From Octopus bimaculoides (lineage: Eukaryota), in contig NC_068985.1 in assembly GCF_001194135.2 (NCBI RefSeq), positions 59,282,941 through 59,346,940 of the forward strand: 64,000 bases of DNA, given 5' to 3'. Position 1 is the first letter of the stretch; each line of letters begins with the position of its first letter. The position numbers and the translations under genes are program-made. This document shows positions 12,530 through 25,970 of the stretch, one piece after another. Below the pieces are notes generated by a model that did not search any database, had not been told where the DNA came from, and saw only the letters and a program-made list of their open reading frames with translations.

Positions 12530-13731
12530 CGCGCGTGCGTGCGCGCGTGCGTGCGTGTGCTTAACAAAATTGTCAGGAATACATTCCGTGAATTGAATTC
12601 AAAATTGTTTCTGAGAAAAAAATTCAATATTGTTTTCTAAAGGATTTTACTTTCCGTTATCCACATTTTTCTCTTCTAAATTCAACAGAAACGGTCTCTG
12701 TAGATTTGTATCCCATTACACACACACCCAAAGAAATATTGGTAAAATTAAGAATACTCCAGTACACCTCACATTAATGTCTAATCTCACAGAAATCATT
12801 GCATTCACAATTTATTTTCTTGTTAAATAAATTTGTATAGAGATCATTGCATTGATTAATACAAAATACTCATACTGTACGCAAAAACCGACATTGCAAA
12901 GAAGCGGAGAAGGGAAAATAAATAATACGAAATATTAACTACAACTGTAACAAAGTAGAAAACAAGTCAAATCTCGTTTAGATCTTATTGGAATAGAGAT
13001 CTGTCTCAATGTAAATTTTTCCAAAATTTATCAAAAGAGTGAGCTGTTGCATTGTTGGACAATTCATCATTTAATTTCGTTTACAAAACTTGAAGTGAAT
13101 AAAATATTTCAGCATTTTCTTCGAATTTTTATGGAATTTTCTTCTTGGGAAAATATTTTTCCAACACGAAGATCTAGTTGTAGGAGATGTTTATGGTTGT
13201 ATATTTTAAAGTGTCTCCAACTGTGGAGAGCTGATTAAAGTTTCGCGTTCGGTTTATCGATATTGACACAAGTTGCCACAAATATGTAGTAGGAACGTAA
13301 TTTCTTGCGATATGTGATTGCCTTTCAAAATTATTTTGTTTATAGAGAATTAAATGCTTTATATATGTTTATCTGCGTGTGTATACGTGTATACATGTGA
13401 ATATATATATATATATATATATNNNNNNNNNNNNNNNNNNNNNNNNNNNNNNNNNNNNNNNNNNNNNNNNNNNNNNNNNNNNNNNNNNNNNNNNNNNNNN
13501 NNNNNNNNNNNNNNNNNNNNNNNNNNNNNNNNNNNNNNNNNNNNNNNNNNNNNNNNNNNNNNNNNNNNNNNNNNNNNNNNNNNNNNNNNNNNNNNNNNNN
13601 NNNNNNNNNNNNNNNNNNNNNNNNNNNNNNNNNNNNNNNNNNNNNNNNNNNNNNNNNNNNNNNNNNNNNNNNNNNNNNNNNNNNNNNNNNNNNNNNNNNN
13701 NNNNNNNNNNNNNNNNNNNNNNNNNNAATCT

Positions 13732-13836
<105 letters not shown>

Positions 13837-14084
13837 TTGTATATAACCAGAGGGCACAATCGTTACAAAAATAACTAAGGGTGTTACTCTATTGCCGATG
13901 GGTAAGCTAAATAGACTTGTAAGTTTATAGAATATACCATAGGAAACAAAGGCTTATTCAGTCAAATGGTAAAGTGAGAATTATAAAATAGTTAAATTGG
14001 CTAGGTGGACTCCAAAACCAAAAGGCGCAAATAGTCACTGAAAGTGACTAAGGGTGCGACTCAGCACCAGCATTGCTAGAGATA

Positions 14085-14429
14085 GGAGGAGAAGGAGACC
14101 CTCTTCAGTCATGAATGACCATGAGATTGCACCTAGAAAGTTACCCCCCGAAGCACAAGTGCGAGCAAGGTTGTTTGTGGAAGGCCAGCAGTCGCCCTTG
14201 CATACCAGCCTCCCCTCACCACACCACTGATGTTTTCCAATGGAAAGAGAAAGGCCGATACAGCTTGGCACCAGTGATGTCGCAACATATTTCTACAGCT
14301 GTGTTAACTGGAGCAACGGGAAATAAAGTGTCTTGCTCAAGAACACAACACGCAGATCGGTCCGGGAATCGAACTCACTCCCTCACGATCGTAAGCTCGA
14401 CGCTCCAACCACTGAGCCATGTGCCTTCA
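14085..14429 (-). mobile_element. tRNA-derived SINE with 9-bp TSD
   Basis: Minus-strand head GTGAAGGCACATGGCTCAGTGG...GAGTTCGATTCCCGG (A and B boxes). TSD CTAGAGATA at 14076-14084 and 14430-14438. The body recurs at 50170-50425. Confidence 0.85.
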
Positions 14430-15009
14430 CTAGAGATAAGAGTCAAAATGATTCTTAGCAACGAACAGAGAATTTTCTCTTCAACAGAGCACTTTCTATT
14501 CAACAGAGCACTTTCTATTCACTGACAAGGCAGACAGCCTCCCCTAATTGTTATTTTGACTTTTATTTCTAGCAGTGCTGCTGTTGAGTTGCACTCTTAG
14601 TCTCTTCCAGTGACTATTGTGTTTATGCCTATTGGTTTTAAATTACGTCTAGCCACTTTAATAATTTTATAATTACCACTGTACCATTTTACTGAATAAG
14701 ACACTGATTTCTATGAACAAATCAATTTAGCTTACCCATCGGTAATGGAGTCACATTACTGATGGAATTTAATTCTACCCGAAATCAGCAGGACGGTCTG
14801 ACTCCCTCACTTGCTGTGGGGAGGCTATCTCGCTAGTCAGTGAATAGGATGTGCTCTGTTGAACAGAAAATGCTCTATTTATGTCTAAGAGATATTTTAA
14901 CTCTTATTTCTAGCAATGCTGGTGATGACTTGAACCCTTAGTCAGTTTCCTGACTATCGTATTTGTGCCATTTGTTTATAAATTGTGTCTTGCCCGGGAT
15001 TCGAGGGGG

Positions 15010-16392
15010 TTAACAGAAATACAATAACCACCTGAACAGAACCAACATTAAGCAATACAACGATAAGTTTAGCTTAAATTACAGGGAAACCCAGAAGACT
15101 AAAAGGAACCATATATCGGGCCCACTAAAACCTAACAATATTAGCAGGGAAAATAATGAAAAGACACATATTAAAAATAAACCCAAATATACAAATAAAT
15201 TAGACAGCCGGAGAGAAAAATTCACCAGCCTCCCCAGTTATGATGGTAGCTTCTATACCAGATATGGCCGTAATAGCAGCAAAAACAATAAGGATATGAC
15301 CTGGCTAATCATTCCCTATAACATGGGCCTCAAANNNNNNNNNNNNNNNNNNNNNNNNNNNNNNNNNNNNNNNNNNNNNNNNNNNNNNNNNNNNNNNNNN
15401 NNNNNNNNNNNNNNNNNNNNNNNNNNNNNNNNNNNNNNNNNNNNNNNNNNNNNNNNNNNNNNNNNNNNNNNNNNNNNNNNNNNNNNNNNNNNNNNNNNNN
15501 NNNNNNNNNNNNNNNNNNNNNNNNNNNNNNNNNNNNNNNNNNNNNNNNNNNNNNNNNNNNNNNNNGGTGCAAGACACATAATATAGTTTACCAATGTGAT
15601 GTACAAACAAATAGCCACACTAAATCTTACATTGGGGGAACGAGTAACCAAATACGTTTAAGATATAATGAGCACCTAGCGAGTTTTAAAAAACAGAAAT
15701 AAGGCAAATTCTACAGGGCTTAGTAGGTATATCTGGGAACTAAACGACAATAAGATAGAATATAAACTAAAGTGGCACATACTAAAAGTAGCTAATTCCT
15801 ATAACCCAACTAACAGACGGTGCAATCCCTGTGTAACAGAGTGCCTCGAAATCCTAACAGCTAAGAACGAATTATTAAACAGGAGATACGAATCTAGTCT
15901 AATCTGTCTTCACGCTACTAAATACTCATTATCTAAGTATATTTAAATATATAATACATTACACCTCCTGAGCAAAACTAAATATGCATAAAATAGCTTT
16001 ACTTCTAAGTAGATATGAATAAGACAAAAGTTAGCCCCCTTTTCACCTAAATTTTAGGGTTGCTTCCCTGTACTAACACCGCCGATGCTATAAAAACACA
16101 GCGCATCCAGCAATCACAAACATCACGTGGAGATGTGCTTGACTAAAACTGGAACAATGTTCTTAAATAGCACCCACCCTATATCCCCTTACAAGAAGAC
16201 CAATGCAACAACTAAAACGTAAGGCTCTATTTACCTATCACCACTATCAGACCACCACATATATTACACCCAATAATTACTTCTACATTTCGCACACCAC
16301 AAACTTCGAATATACCCTTCAACACTCTGAAGAGATCGGCCAAACTACTGGCTGCATCGAAACGTACGTAAGTGACTAAGACATAATATACA
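15010..16392 (+). mobile_element. 5'-truncated Penelope-like element (linker + GIY-YIG endonuclease + 3' UTR/pLTR), Naiad-like
   Basis: Open frame ...KDMTWLIIPYN, then a gap, then CKTHNIVYQC..KSYIGGTSNQIRLRYNEHLASF (GIY-YIG). One extra A in an A6 run, then KWHILK..RRCNPCVTECLEI..LLNRRYE..ICLHATKY with a stop at 15944-15946. The 3' UTR has TATAAAA (~16088) and a hammerhead. Confidence 0.88.
16317..16380 (+). ncRNA. Type I minimal hammerhead ribozyme (intact core)
   Basis: Stem I CACT (16323-26)/AGTG (16371-74), extended by CTT/AAG across a 3x3 loop. Core CTGAAGA 16327-33. Stem II GATCGGCCA/TGGCTG(C)ATC with loop AACTAC. GAAA 16359-62. Palindromic stem III ACGTACGT. GUA triplet, with predicted cleavage after 16370. 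Confidence 0.85.
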
Positions 16393-17109
16393 ANNNNNNN
16401 NNNNNNNNNNNNNNNNNNNNNNNNNNNNNNNNNNNNNNNNNNNNNNNNNNNNNNNNNNNNNNNNNNNNNNNNNNNNNNNNNNNNNNNNNNNNNNNNNNNN
16501 NNNNNNNNNNNNNNNNNNNNNNNNNNNNNNNNNNNNNNNNNNNNNNNNNNNNNNNNNNNNNNNNNNNNNNNNNNNNNNNNNNNNNNNNNNNNNNNNNNNN
16601 NNNNNNNNNNNNNNNNNNNNNNNNNNNNNNNNNNNNNNNNNNNNNNNNNNNNNNNNNNNNNNNNNNNNNNNNNNNNNNNNNNNNNNNNNNNNNNNNNNNN
16701 NNNNNNNNNNNNNNNNNNNNNNNNNNNNNNNNNNNNNNNNNNNNNNNNNNNNNNNNNNNNNNNNNNNNNNNNNNNNNNNNNNNNNNNNNNNNNNNNNNNN
16801 NNNNNNNNNNNNNNNNNNNNNNNNNNNNNNNNNNNNNNNNNNNNNNNNNNNNNNNNNNNNNNNNNNNNNNNNNNNNNNNNNNNNNNNNNNNNNNNNNNNN
16901 NNNNNNNNNNNNNNNNNNNNNNNNNNNNNNNNNNNNNNNNNNNNNNNNNNNNNNNNNNNNNNNNNNNNNNNNNNNNNNNNNNNNNNNNNNNNNNNNNNNN
17001 NNNNNNNNNNNNNNNNNNNNNNNNNNNNNNNNNNNNNNNNNNNNNNNNNNNNNNNNNNNNNNNNNNNNNNNATATATACATTTATATAATAAAAAAATAA
17101 AGTAAAGTG

Positions 17110-18830
17110 TACGGTTACTTACGTAATGAATGATATTTAAGATGATGATGAAAATAATGAAGGTAATGACTGCATAGCAAAGAAGATTTAAAGCTTTTCA
17201 GGTGACGCCTCTTCTTCGGGTGTTTTAGGGGATCTCGTTTCTTCGTGCAAGGCTTTCTTGGTGGCTTGAGGAACATTGTGATGGGAAGTTGCTGTCGTTG
17301 TTTCTTCATGATGGTGAGGAGTGTTGTATATATTGCATGGCAGTATCGATGGCATTTTTAAATTGGTGTGAACGAACCATATAGGGTTCCCATTCTTCCC
17401 CCTTACCTTGCAATTTGTTTGCTGTTCTTATAAGATCGGACAGACGTTTGATTGCTAGGCCCACCTCACTCCCTCTTCATCTGAATCTGGCACTCCCACC
17501 TCCTCTTCGTTAACTCCAACAAATATTCGTCTGTCAGGGTTTCGGAGTGTGTATCTATGAGGTGATTGACATCTTGCGTGATGTCGTCAAAAACGTTGTC
17601 ACCAACTACCTTTGTCAGTTCCCCCGCATTGTTGACAGCCACGTGCTGAATATCTTCAGGTGAGAAGCCCTCGAAGTCTTCGACACACTCTAGCCACACC
17701 TTGTTCCAACATGCGATGAGGCTTTCTTTTTCATGTCTTTAAGAGCAGAATGGATGACTGACAGCCACGTTGCGATCGTGAAGTTAAGCCAGTACTCCTT
17801 TAACTTGATTTTTTCGTCCGAATTTCATTGCGTTGACAAGGTGTTAGGGAGAGCCGAGTATAGAGTGCATTGAAGGCATGGATCACGCTTTGATCCACAG
17901 GCTGGATGACGGAGGAGGTGTTACAAGGGAGGAACTCGACTTGGACTTCTTCGTGATTCAAATCCAAAGAGTGAACACCAGCATTATCCATAACAAGCAA
18001 CACCTTGAATTCCATGCAAACATTTTGGAGGTATTCCTTGGCTTGAGGTTTGAAGCATTGGTGGAACCAATTCAAAGTTAGACTTTGGTAATCTAAGCCT
18101 TGGGGTTGTGCATCCAGTGGACAGTCAGCATGTTTATATCCTTATTTTTGAAGGCCCTCGATTTCGGGACTTTGAGATAAGTCCTGGCTTCATCATAAAG
18201 CCAGCAGCATTACCACACATAATTAACATCACTCTGTCCTTCTGTGCCTTAAATCCTGCGGCTCTAACTTCGTCCTTCATGATGTACGTTCTGGAAGGCA
18301 TCTTCTTCCAGAACAAGCCAGTCTTGTCCATATTGAAAATCTGTACCGGCTTGTATCCCTTGCTCCCGATGATCTGTTTGAAGGTCTCGGGGTACTTCTC
18401 GGCGACTTTGTTGTCAGCTAATGTTGTCTCTCCATACAGGGAAACATTTTATTTTAAACTATTTCTGGAAACGTTCAAACGATCCCTTGCTGGTTTGAAA
18501 ATCTTCGGTGCTTTCTGCTTCGTCTCCTCTGTCGAACTGCTGATATTATTTCCGCGCTTTCTCACGGATGATATTACCGCACAAGGGGCTGTTTTTCTTG
18601 GAGTCACTGATCCACAATGTCAAGGCGGATCCCATCCTGACGCAGTGCTTATTTCTCACCATCATTATTTTTGTGGCACGTTCACAGAAACTTACTGCTA
18701 CAGTAGTCCTGATCGCCAACACGTTCTTCTTTATGTAGCGTATGGTGCTTTTGTTGACAACATAATAGTGACCCACTGCAGCATAACTACTAGTTATGTA
18801 GTAATAATTTTAGTGTGTGATAAATTATGT
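17110..18830 (-). mobile_element. pogo/Tigger-type DNA transposon relic (CENP-B HTH + DDE_1 transposase pseudogene)
   Basis: Fragments NKSTIRYIKKN..IREKARK, MDKTGLFWKKMPSRTYI..GFKAQKDRVMLIMCGNAAG, and KVLLVMDNAGVH..FLPCNTSSVIQPVDQSVI. TIRs not identified. Confidence 0.9.
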
Positions 18831-19074
18831 TTATGTTTGCATTAATATTCATGCCATGCTTTATACAATACAGGTGTATATTCAGAAATCAATGCAAATA
18901 AATAAGTTTCCGTCTACTACATCCACCCATATGTCATTGGTAGAACCGTACTATAATAGTAAACACAACCGAATATGCCGTGAAGAGGGACTGAACCCAA
19001 ACCACGTTTGTGCAAAGCTGACATCTTAACCATTCGATGCTTAGCGTATCTCGATTTCTCTGTATATTTCTATC

Positions 19075-19111
<37 letters not shown>

Positions 19112-19150
19112 AATGTATATACAATAAGACACTCAATATTTAAAACAGAG

Positions 19151-19232
19151 AAGGCAGCGAGCTGACAGAAGCGTTAGCACGCCGGGCGAAATGCTGAGTG
19201 GTATGTGACGTGTGTCGTATCGTCGCAGTTAA
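19151..19232 (+). mobile_element. SINE family A (GGCG.GCTGGCAGAA head), 5' part
   Basis: AAGGCAGCGAGCTGACAGAAGCGTTAGCACGCCGGGCGAAATGC matches the other copies. Runs into a gap. Confidence 0.75.
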
Positions 19233-19268
19233 NNNNNNNNNNNNNNNNNNNNNNNNNNNNNNNNNNNN

Positions 19269-19342
<74 letters not shown>

Positions 19343-19695
19343 TGTGTGTAAGTTCATGAACAAAAACTCAGTAACAACAAACTATAAACAAAGATATCTT
19401 TGTCTCACTCTATCAATATATGTAATATATGCACATATGTCTTCTCACATATACATACTTTTGCATATATGTGCAGATGTTTCTGTGTTGTGGCTTGCGT
19501 AAATATATGTGTGTTTCTGCACGTGCCTGTGTATGTTTATATTGATTATATGTATACATATGTAAATTAAGCAAATGCATACGGACGGACACGGACACAA
19601 ACACACACACAGACACACCCACACACACTCATATATAAATATGGATACATATATACTACATACATATGTATAAATATATGCATATATATATATTG

Positions 19696-19733
<38 letters not shown>

Positions 19734-20238
19734 CAGGAGATAGATATATACTGGAAGAAGAGCCTATATAGAAAATAAGGAATAAACCAGCAAATTTTAA
19801 AATAAATTGAAAACACCTAGAATGAAATCATATTAAATAGAATAATGTAACTGCCGTGCCTCAAAGCATTTTGTAAATTCTAGTTACTTTTTAATACAGA
19901 TGTACTTAATATATATNNNNNNNNNNNNNNNNNNNNNNNNNNNNNNNNNNNNNNNNNNNNNNNNNNNNNNNNNNNNNNNNNNNNNNNNNNNNNNNNNNNN
20001 NNNNNNNNNNNNNNNNNNNNNNNNNNNNNNNNNNNNNNNNNNNNNNNNNNNNNNNNNNNNNNNNNNNNNNNNNNNNNNNNNNNNNNNNNNNNNNNNNNNN
20101 NNNNNNNNNNNNNNNNNNNNNNNNNNNNNNNNNNNNNNNNNNNNNNNNNNNNNNNNNNNNNNNNNNNNNNNNNNNNNNNNNNNNNNNNNNNNNNNNNNNN
20201 NNNNNNNNNNNNNNNNNNNNNNNNNNNNNNNNNNNNNN

Positions 20239-20293
<55 letters not shown>

Positions 20294-20739
20294 ATATGTA
20301 TGTATGTAGTATGATGTGTGCAAGTTATATTTTTATGTATATTTTAATCTATTAAAACCGCTTACAGCTCAAGTATAACGGCTGCGCCACTTGTGCAGTC
20401 GGCTTTGTTCCGCGAAAATCTAATCATGTAATGCGTATTGTGCTCAGTTATGTAGCAACTCTTCAGTTATATAATCTGAACACAAATGAAGTTAGCCATT
20501 CAATTTATTTCCTACAATTGATGACATGTATCAGAATTTTGCTGTTTCTATTTATTTAGATTTCTTTAAGTAATCACAACTCGATTACGAAGATATTGCG
20601 AATTTTAAGTCCGATGTTTAATTTCCTCTTTTATGGATTCCCTACTAGAACACCTGATCAAGAAAAGAGATGGGGAAAAAAACAAAATAATGGAGGATGA
20701 TAGCGAAACAATCAAGAAGTATGGTGGTGATGATGATGG

Positions 20740-20771
<32 letters not shown>

Positions 20772-21495
20772 GCGGCGGCGGTGGTGGTGGTGGTGGTGAT
20801 GATGATGTTGATGACGACGTTGACGACGATAATCAGTAACAGTATGTTTGTCATGATGGGAACGATGATGACGGTGACGACAATGACTCTGATGATAAAT
20901 TTTAGAGAAAAATTGAAAGAGGCGCTAACTATGGTGCTATGTAATGAATATTAGAATAACTGTGCAAACAAAAAATAAATATACATTTGCTGCATATTGA
21001 AGAAAGCTATGTCTTGTGGCTGTGTAAAAGTATTATGATCTTAACTAATTGAAATAGAACAAAAAGTATACAAAAGCAATACATTCGCGATGAATAAGAA
21101 CAAAGAAATAGAACGAAAACGACATATGATAAGAAACGGGATGATACAATTAGAATGAGGCATTGCTTCTATAAAATGGTCATAGGGCAAAGAATATTTT
21201 TCAAAATGATTCTGAGTAGAAAAATAAATTACGAGAAAACAGGCTCTTTTCATTTCCCATGATTTGTAAGCTATCAATGCTAAGATGCAAGGGTGTTTTA
21301 TATATGTAGGGCTACATATACATGATGTATGTGTGTATATGTCATATATGTGCATGTGTATGTATATATATATGTGTGTATTAAATATATATATAAAATT
21401 TATTAATGAGAGTAGAAATTGATATTAATCAATTAAAACCAGTGGTCTAGCATATTAAAAAAATCCGAAGATTTAAATTATATTACATACAGAAA

Positions 21496-21599
21496 TAAGA
21501 GGAATGACCAGCAAAAGTGGACTCCTATATGCTAGAAATAGATGCCGAATCATCTATTTCTAGCATATAGGAGTCCACTTTTGCTGGTCATTCCTCTTA
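21496..21599. repeat. Perfect 49-bp inverted repeat with 6-nt loop (fold-back/MITE-like)
   Basis: 21496-21544 is the exact reverse complement of 21551-21599. Loop CCGAAT. TA-rich flanks. Confidence 0.95.
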
Positions 21600-22203
21600 C
21601 TTTTGTATATATATATATATNNNNNNNNNNNNNNNNNNNNNNNNNNNNNNNNNNNNNNNNNNNNNNNNNNNNNNNNNNNNNNNNNNNNNNNNNNNNNNNN
21701 NNNNNNNNNNNNNNNNNNNNNNNNNNNNNNNNNNNNNNNNNNNNNNNNNNNNNNNNNNNNNNNNNNNNNNNNNNNNNNNNNNNNNNNNNNNNNNNNNNNN
21801 NNNNNNNNNNNNNNNNNNNNNNNNNNNNNNNNNNNNNNNNNNNNNNNNNNNNNNNNNNNNNNNNNNNNNNNNNNNNNNNNNNNNNNNNNNNNNNNNNNNN
21901 NNNNNNNNNNNNNNNNNNNNNNNNNNNNNNNNNNNNNNNNNNNNNNNNNNNNNNNNNNNNNNNNNNNNNNNNNNNNNNNNNNNNNNNNNNNNNNNNNNNN
22001 NNNNNNNNNNNNNNNNNNNNNNNNNNNNNNNNNNNNNNNNNNNNNNNNNNNNNNNNNNNNNNNNNNNNNNNNNNNNNNNNNNNNNNNNNNNNNNNNNNNN
22101 NNNNNNNNNNNNNNNNNNNNNNNNNNNNNNNNNNNNNNNNNNNNNNNNNNNNNNNNNNNNNNNNNNNNNNNNNNNNNNNNNNNNNNNNNNNNNNNNNNNN
22201 NNN

Positions 22204-22239
<36 letters not shown>

Positions 22240-22432
22240 CGTGTGTGTGTATGTGCGTATTTATATATGTGTGTGCTTGTATATACTATATTATGTGTAT
22301 AAAATTTTTAGTTACTAAACTATTGATTTACGTTATTTTCATAATATATTTGAAATTTTGTAAATGTGAATGTACATTTATGCATGTGTATCTAAGTGTG
22401 CGTATGTGTTTGTGTGTCTGTGTATGTATATG

Positions 22433-22463
<31 letters not shown>

Positions 22464-22470
22464 CTGTGTG

Positions 22471-22501
<31 letters not shown>

Positions 22502-23372
22502 CTGTGTGTGTGTTTTTATGCATACACATGCACTATTCTTGTTATAAACTAAACAATTTTAGTATAGTAAAAGAGTACTTATAATTATATTGAAGTCCAT
22601 AGAAACTAATTTTAATTTTAATCTTAATTTTAATTTTAGCATTGTTCTTTTTAGTATGAAAATAAGTAACTCTGATAAGCTTATGATCAACTTTTTATTG
22701 GATAACTGATTAATTCAGTGTTTATTTAATTTCTACAATAATTATGTTATTATGATAATATATTTTAGAAAGTTTCTTTCTTATATAAACTACGTAATAT
22801 TTTTTCTATTCTTAACCTTTGATTTTTAGTAAGGATTATTATAAATAATTAATGCAATGTAATTTATAATATCATTTGCTATTTCACTAGAGTTGATAAA
22901 GTATTTTAAACATATTATTTGTTATTTACCCATAGATAAATAGCGTATTGTTATTATAGTAAACTGTATTTATTAATAGTATGAAAGAATAAAAGGGATA
23001 TTTCTTATTTTGCCATGTTTTTTTTAAAGATTTTCCCGGTATTTTAAAAATCTCATGCGCTAAAATATATTTTGATAAAAATTCTAAATAGTATAAAAAT
23101 ATATTTTATGACCGTTTTATTAGTTTATTTTAGATGACTTTTCCTATTTTATTTTATTTTATTATCTTTGTTTTTGTATTTAATTATTGACTCTCACGCT
23201 TGAAAACATAAACATTTCAATTCAGTCTTTTCTTGGATCTGTAATTCTTCATTACACTGAAGAAATTCCTACCCACAAACATGGATTTTTATTATTTTAT
23301 TATGGGCAAGGAACGCAACAATTGTATGTTATTTGTATTTAACATTTATTATCTATCATATTATATTATATT

Positions 23373-23405
23373 ACTAGCAGAGATGCCCGGCGTTGCTCTG
23401 GATTA
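23373..23405 (+). mobile_element. Possible Helitron/Helentron-type terminus
   Basis: TTACTAGCAGAGATGCCCGGCGTTGCTCTGG resembles ACTAG..CCCG..TTGC..GG non-autonomous rolling-circle ends and is followed by (TA)n. Confidence 0.35.
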
Positions 23406-23418
23406 AAATGGTATAATT

Positions 23419-23465
<47 letters not shown>

Positions 23466-23769
23466 CAGTCAAACTGAAACAGGTGACACGGGAAAGTGCA
23501 GCATTAACGACAAAACATGTGTGAAGTAAATGGTCTAATTCGACTAAGCAACATGTACTACGTCCGTTTGCAGTATTTCGTGCCCTCACCTATCATGCAA
23601 AAAGTTGGGTGTGTGGAGTATGTCATTTTTAAAACCATCGAAAAGTTGTCAGTGGATATACTCGACTTTAAGGCGGTGAGCGCTCTGTCTAACATTACCC
23701 ATTGTATGGTTGCCCGTCAAATGAATGGAGGTGTAATGGAGATATTGTACGTAAATGAGTACATTCCGG

Positions 23770-23900
23770 AAATGGATTGCAATGGGAGACGGCAACGTGG
23801 AAGTGAACTATTGAAATGTTGCAGAAAGCGAAGGGTTGACATTGGATTGCTGATGTGGATGTAGAGTAAGAGACATAAAGTGGGCCTATGCAATCCCATG
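23770..23900 (+). mobile_element. Possible RTE/CR1-type AP-endonuclease N-terminal fragment
   Basis: GSELLKCCRKRRVDIGLL resembles the ..L..RRVDI..LQE.RW segment of APE domains. Short and degraded. Confidence 0.35.
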
Positions 23901-24072
23901 TAATGAATTACTTGAACAAAATAAAGCATAATGGCTTACCGCGTGGTATGTACTGTATTTTTGTATGCGGTGTAAATCAACGAAATATAAGCAAATGAAT
24001 TAAATCGAAATACATATATGGAACAGCCAATTTAACAGTAAATTCCACAATAATCATTACGGAGAAACAAAG

Positions 24073-24112
<40 letters not shown>

Positions 24113-24329
24113 GATCAATTTCTTAATGTAAGGTTAAATATGTAATTGTAAATACATTGCGACTTTGCAACTGCTGCGATAATTATTGACTGATAATGGA
24201 GCAGTAAATGTGTACTTTTATATGTGCTTTGAGCCTTGTACCTCATTGTTTTTTTGCTTTGTCTTTTTCAAGCGTTTCACCTCTAGAACATAAATACATT
24301 CGGGCATGTCAGTCGTCACATATTTATAT

Positions 24330-25906
24330 GTATGTGTAGGTGTGTGTGTGCGTTTAATAAGGCACGTAACACGGAAACACGCACATTCACAGACACATCC
24401 ACACTCATACACAAAGAGACAGGTATACAATTTTATACAAAACGTGGCATTGTCGTCGTTGTGGTATAAAATGTTCCTGCATATATTCACATATATATAA
24501 GAAGATAGCCACATAGAGACATACATTCCCGCAGGTTAGTTGTCACATATATATATATATATATGTCTAGATGTGTGTATATTTAATAACGTACTTAACG
24601 CGGAAAGGCACACACACACACTATGAGACATATACACACTTATAAACGTACACACGTACATTCAAAGACAGATACACAGTCATATATAAAACTTGATGTC
24701 GTCGTCGTGGTATAAAATGTCATGTTGACAACAGAAAGATTGTCTCTATGAGATGCTATATTGTTTTTCTCGAAGTGAAAATAAAATTTCGTATTAACAC
24801 TGGCCAGCCCTCACATACATATAGTAAGATAGACACACACACACATACTTTGACGTGTGTCAGTTTTCACATATGTATATGAATGTGTAGATGTGTGTGT
24901 GTGTTTAATAACTAACGCGGAAAGACACACACACTGAGACATATACACGCACACATACACTTACACATATACACTTATACACATACACTCACAGACAGAT
25001 ACATACATATAAAAAATGTGATGTTGTCGCTGTGGTATAAAATATCATGTTGACAGTAGAAAGATTACCTCTATGAAACGTTATATTGTTATAATCAAAA
25101 TCAAAATAATAGAAATGAAAATAAAATTTCGTATTGACACTGATCAGCCCTTACATACGTTTAGTTTGTTTAATAACGTACCCAACGCGGAAAGACCCCC
25201 ACACTGTGAGACATATAAGCACACCCATACACTCACACACATACATTCACAGACAAATGCACAGTCATATACAAAATGTGACGTCGTCGTCGTCGTCACC
25301 AGTCGTCACATGAATATGTATGTGTGGATGTGTGTGTGTGATTAATAACGTACCGCTATATGCGTATGTGTATGTGTAGATGTGTGTTGCATAACGTACT
25401 TAACGCGAAAAGACGCACACATTATGAGACATATACACACTCATACACATACACACATGCACTCACAAACAGATACACAGTCATATACAAAATGTGACGA
25501 CGTTGTCGTCGTGGTATAAAATGTCCTGTTTTCAATAAAAAGATTGCAGCGTGAAAGGTGTTTGTAAGCTATTCAAGAACACACAAAAAACATTATTTTC
25601 ATTTCACCATTTAAATTTCATTTGTGTCAATATATTTTCGTGTTGCATCTGAGAAAGTAGCAGTTAGTTTATGATATATATATGTATGTATGTATGTTTA
25701 TGTATGCATGTATATGCGTAAATGCGCATGCATGCATATACGCATATACCTATGTATGTCTGTATGTATGTATGAGAACATTCACGTACGTAATTGTGTA
25801 GATGTGTCTGCGTGTGTGTATATATGTGTATGTACATGTATATGTACGTTTATGTACTGATATGTGAGTTTGTTCAAGTTGTATATATATATCTATTACT
25901 CTGTCG

Positions 25907-25970
<64 letters not shown>

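Noticed and set aside
15947-16316. SECIS element in the PLE 3' UTR
   Set aside because: I found no AUGA/GA quartet with a suitable helix and apical AA by eye, and no in-frame TGA in the visible ORF.
16227-17081. Long ORFs spanning N runs (also 13354-13878, 21542-22547, 28088-29081, 34169-35068, 38245-38734)
   Set aside because: Their length comes from assembly gaps.
22560-23200. Very AT-rich stretch with hydrophobic translations (NUMT or receptor pseudogene?)
   Set aside because: No recognisable mitochondrial or receptor motifs, stops in all frames, and hydrophobicity is explained by base composition.
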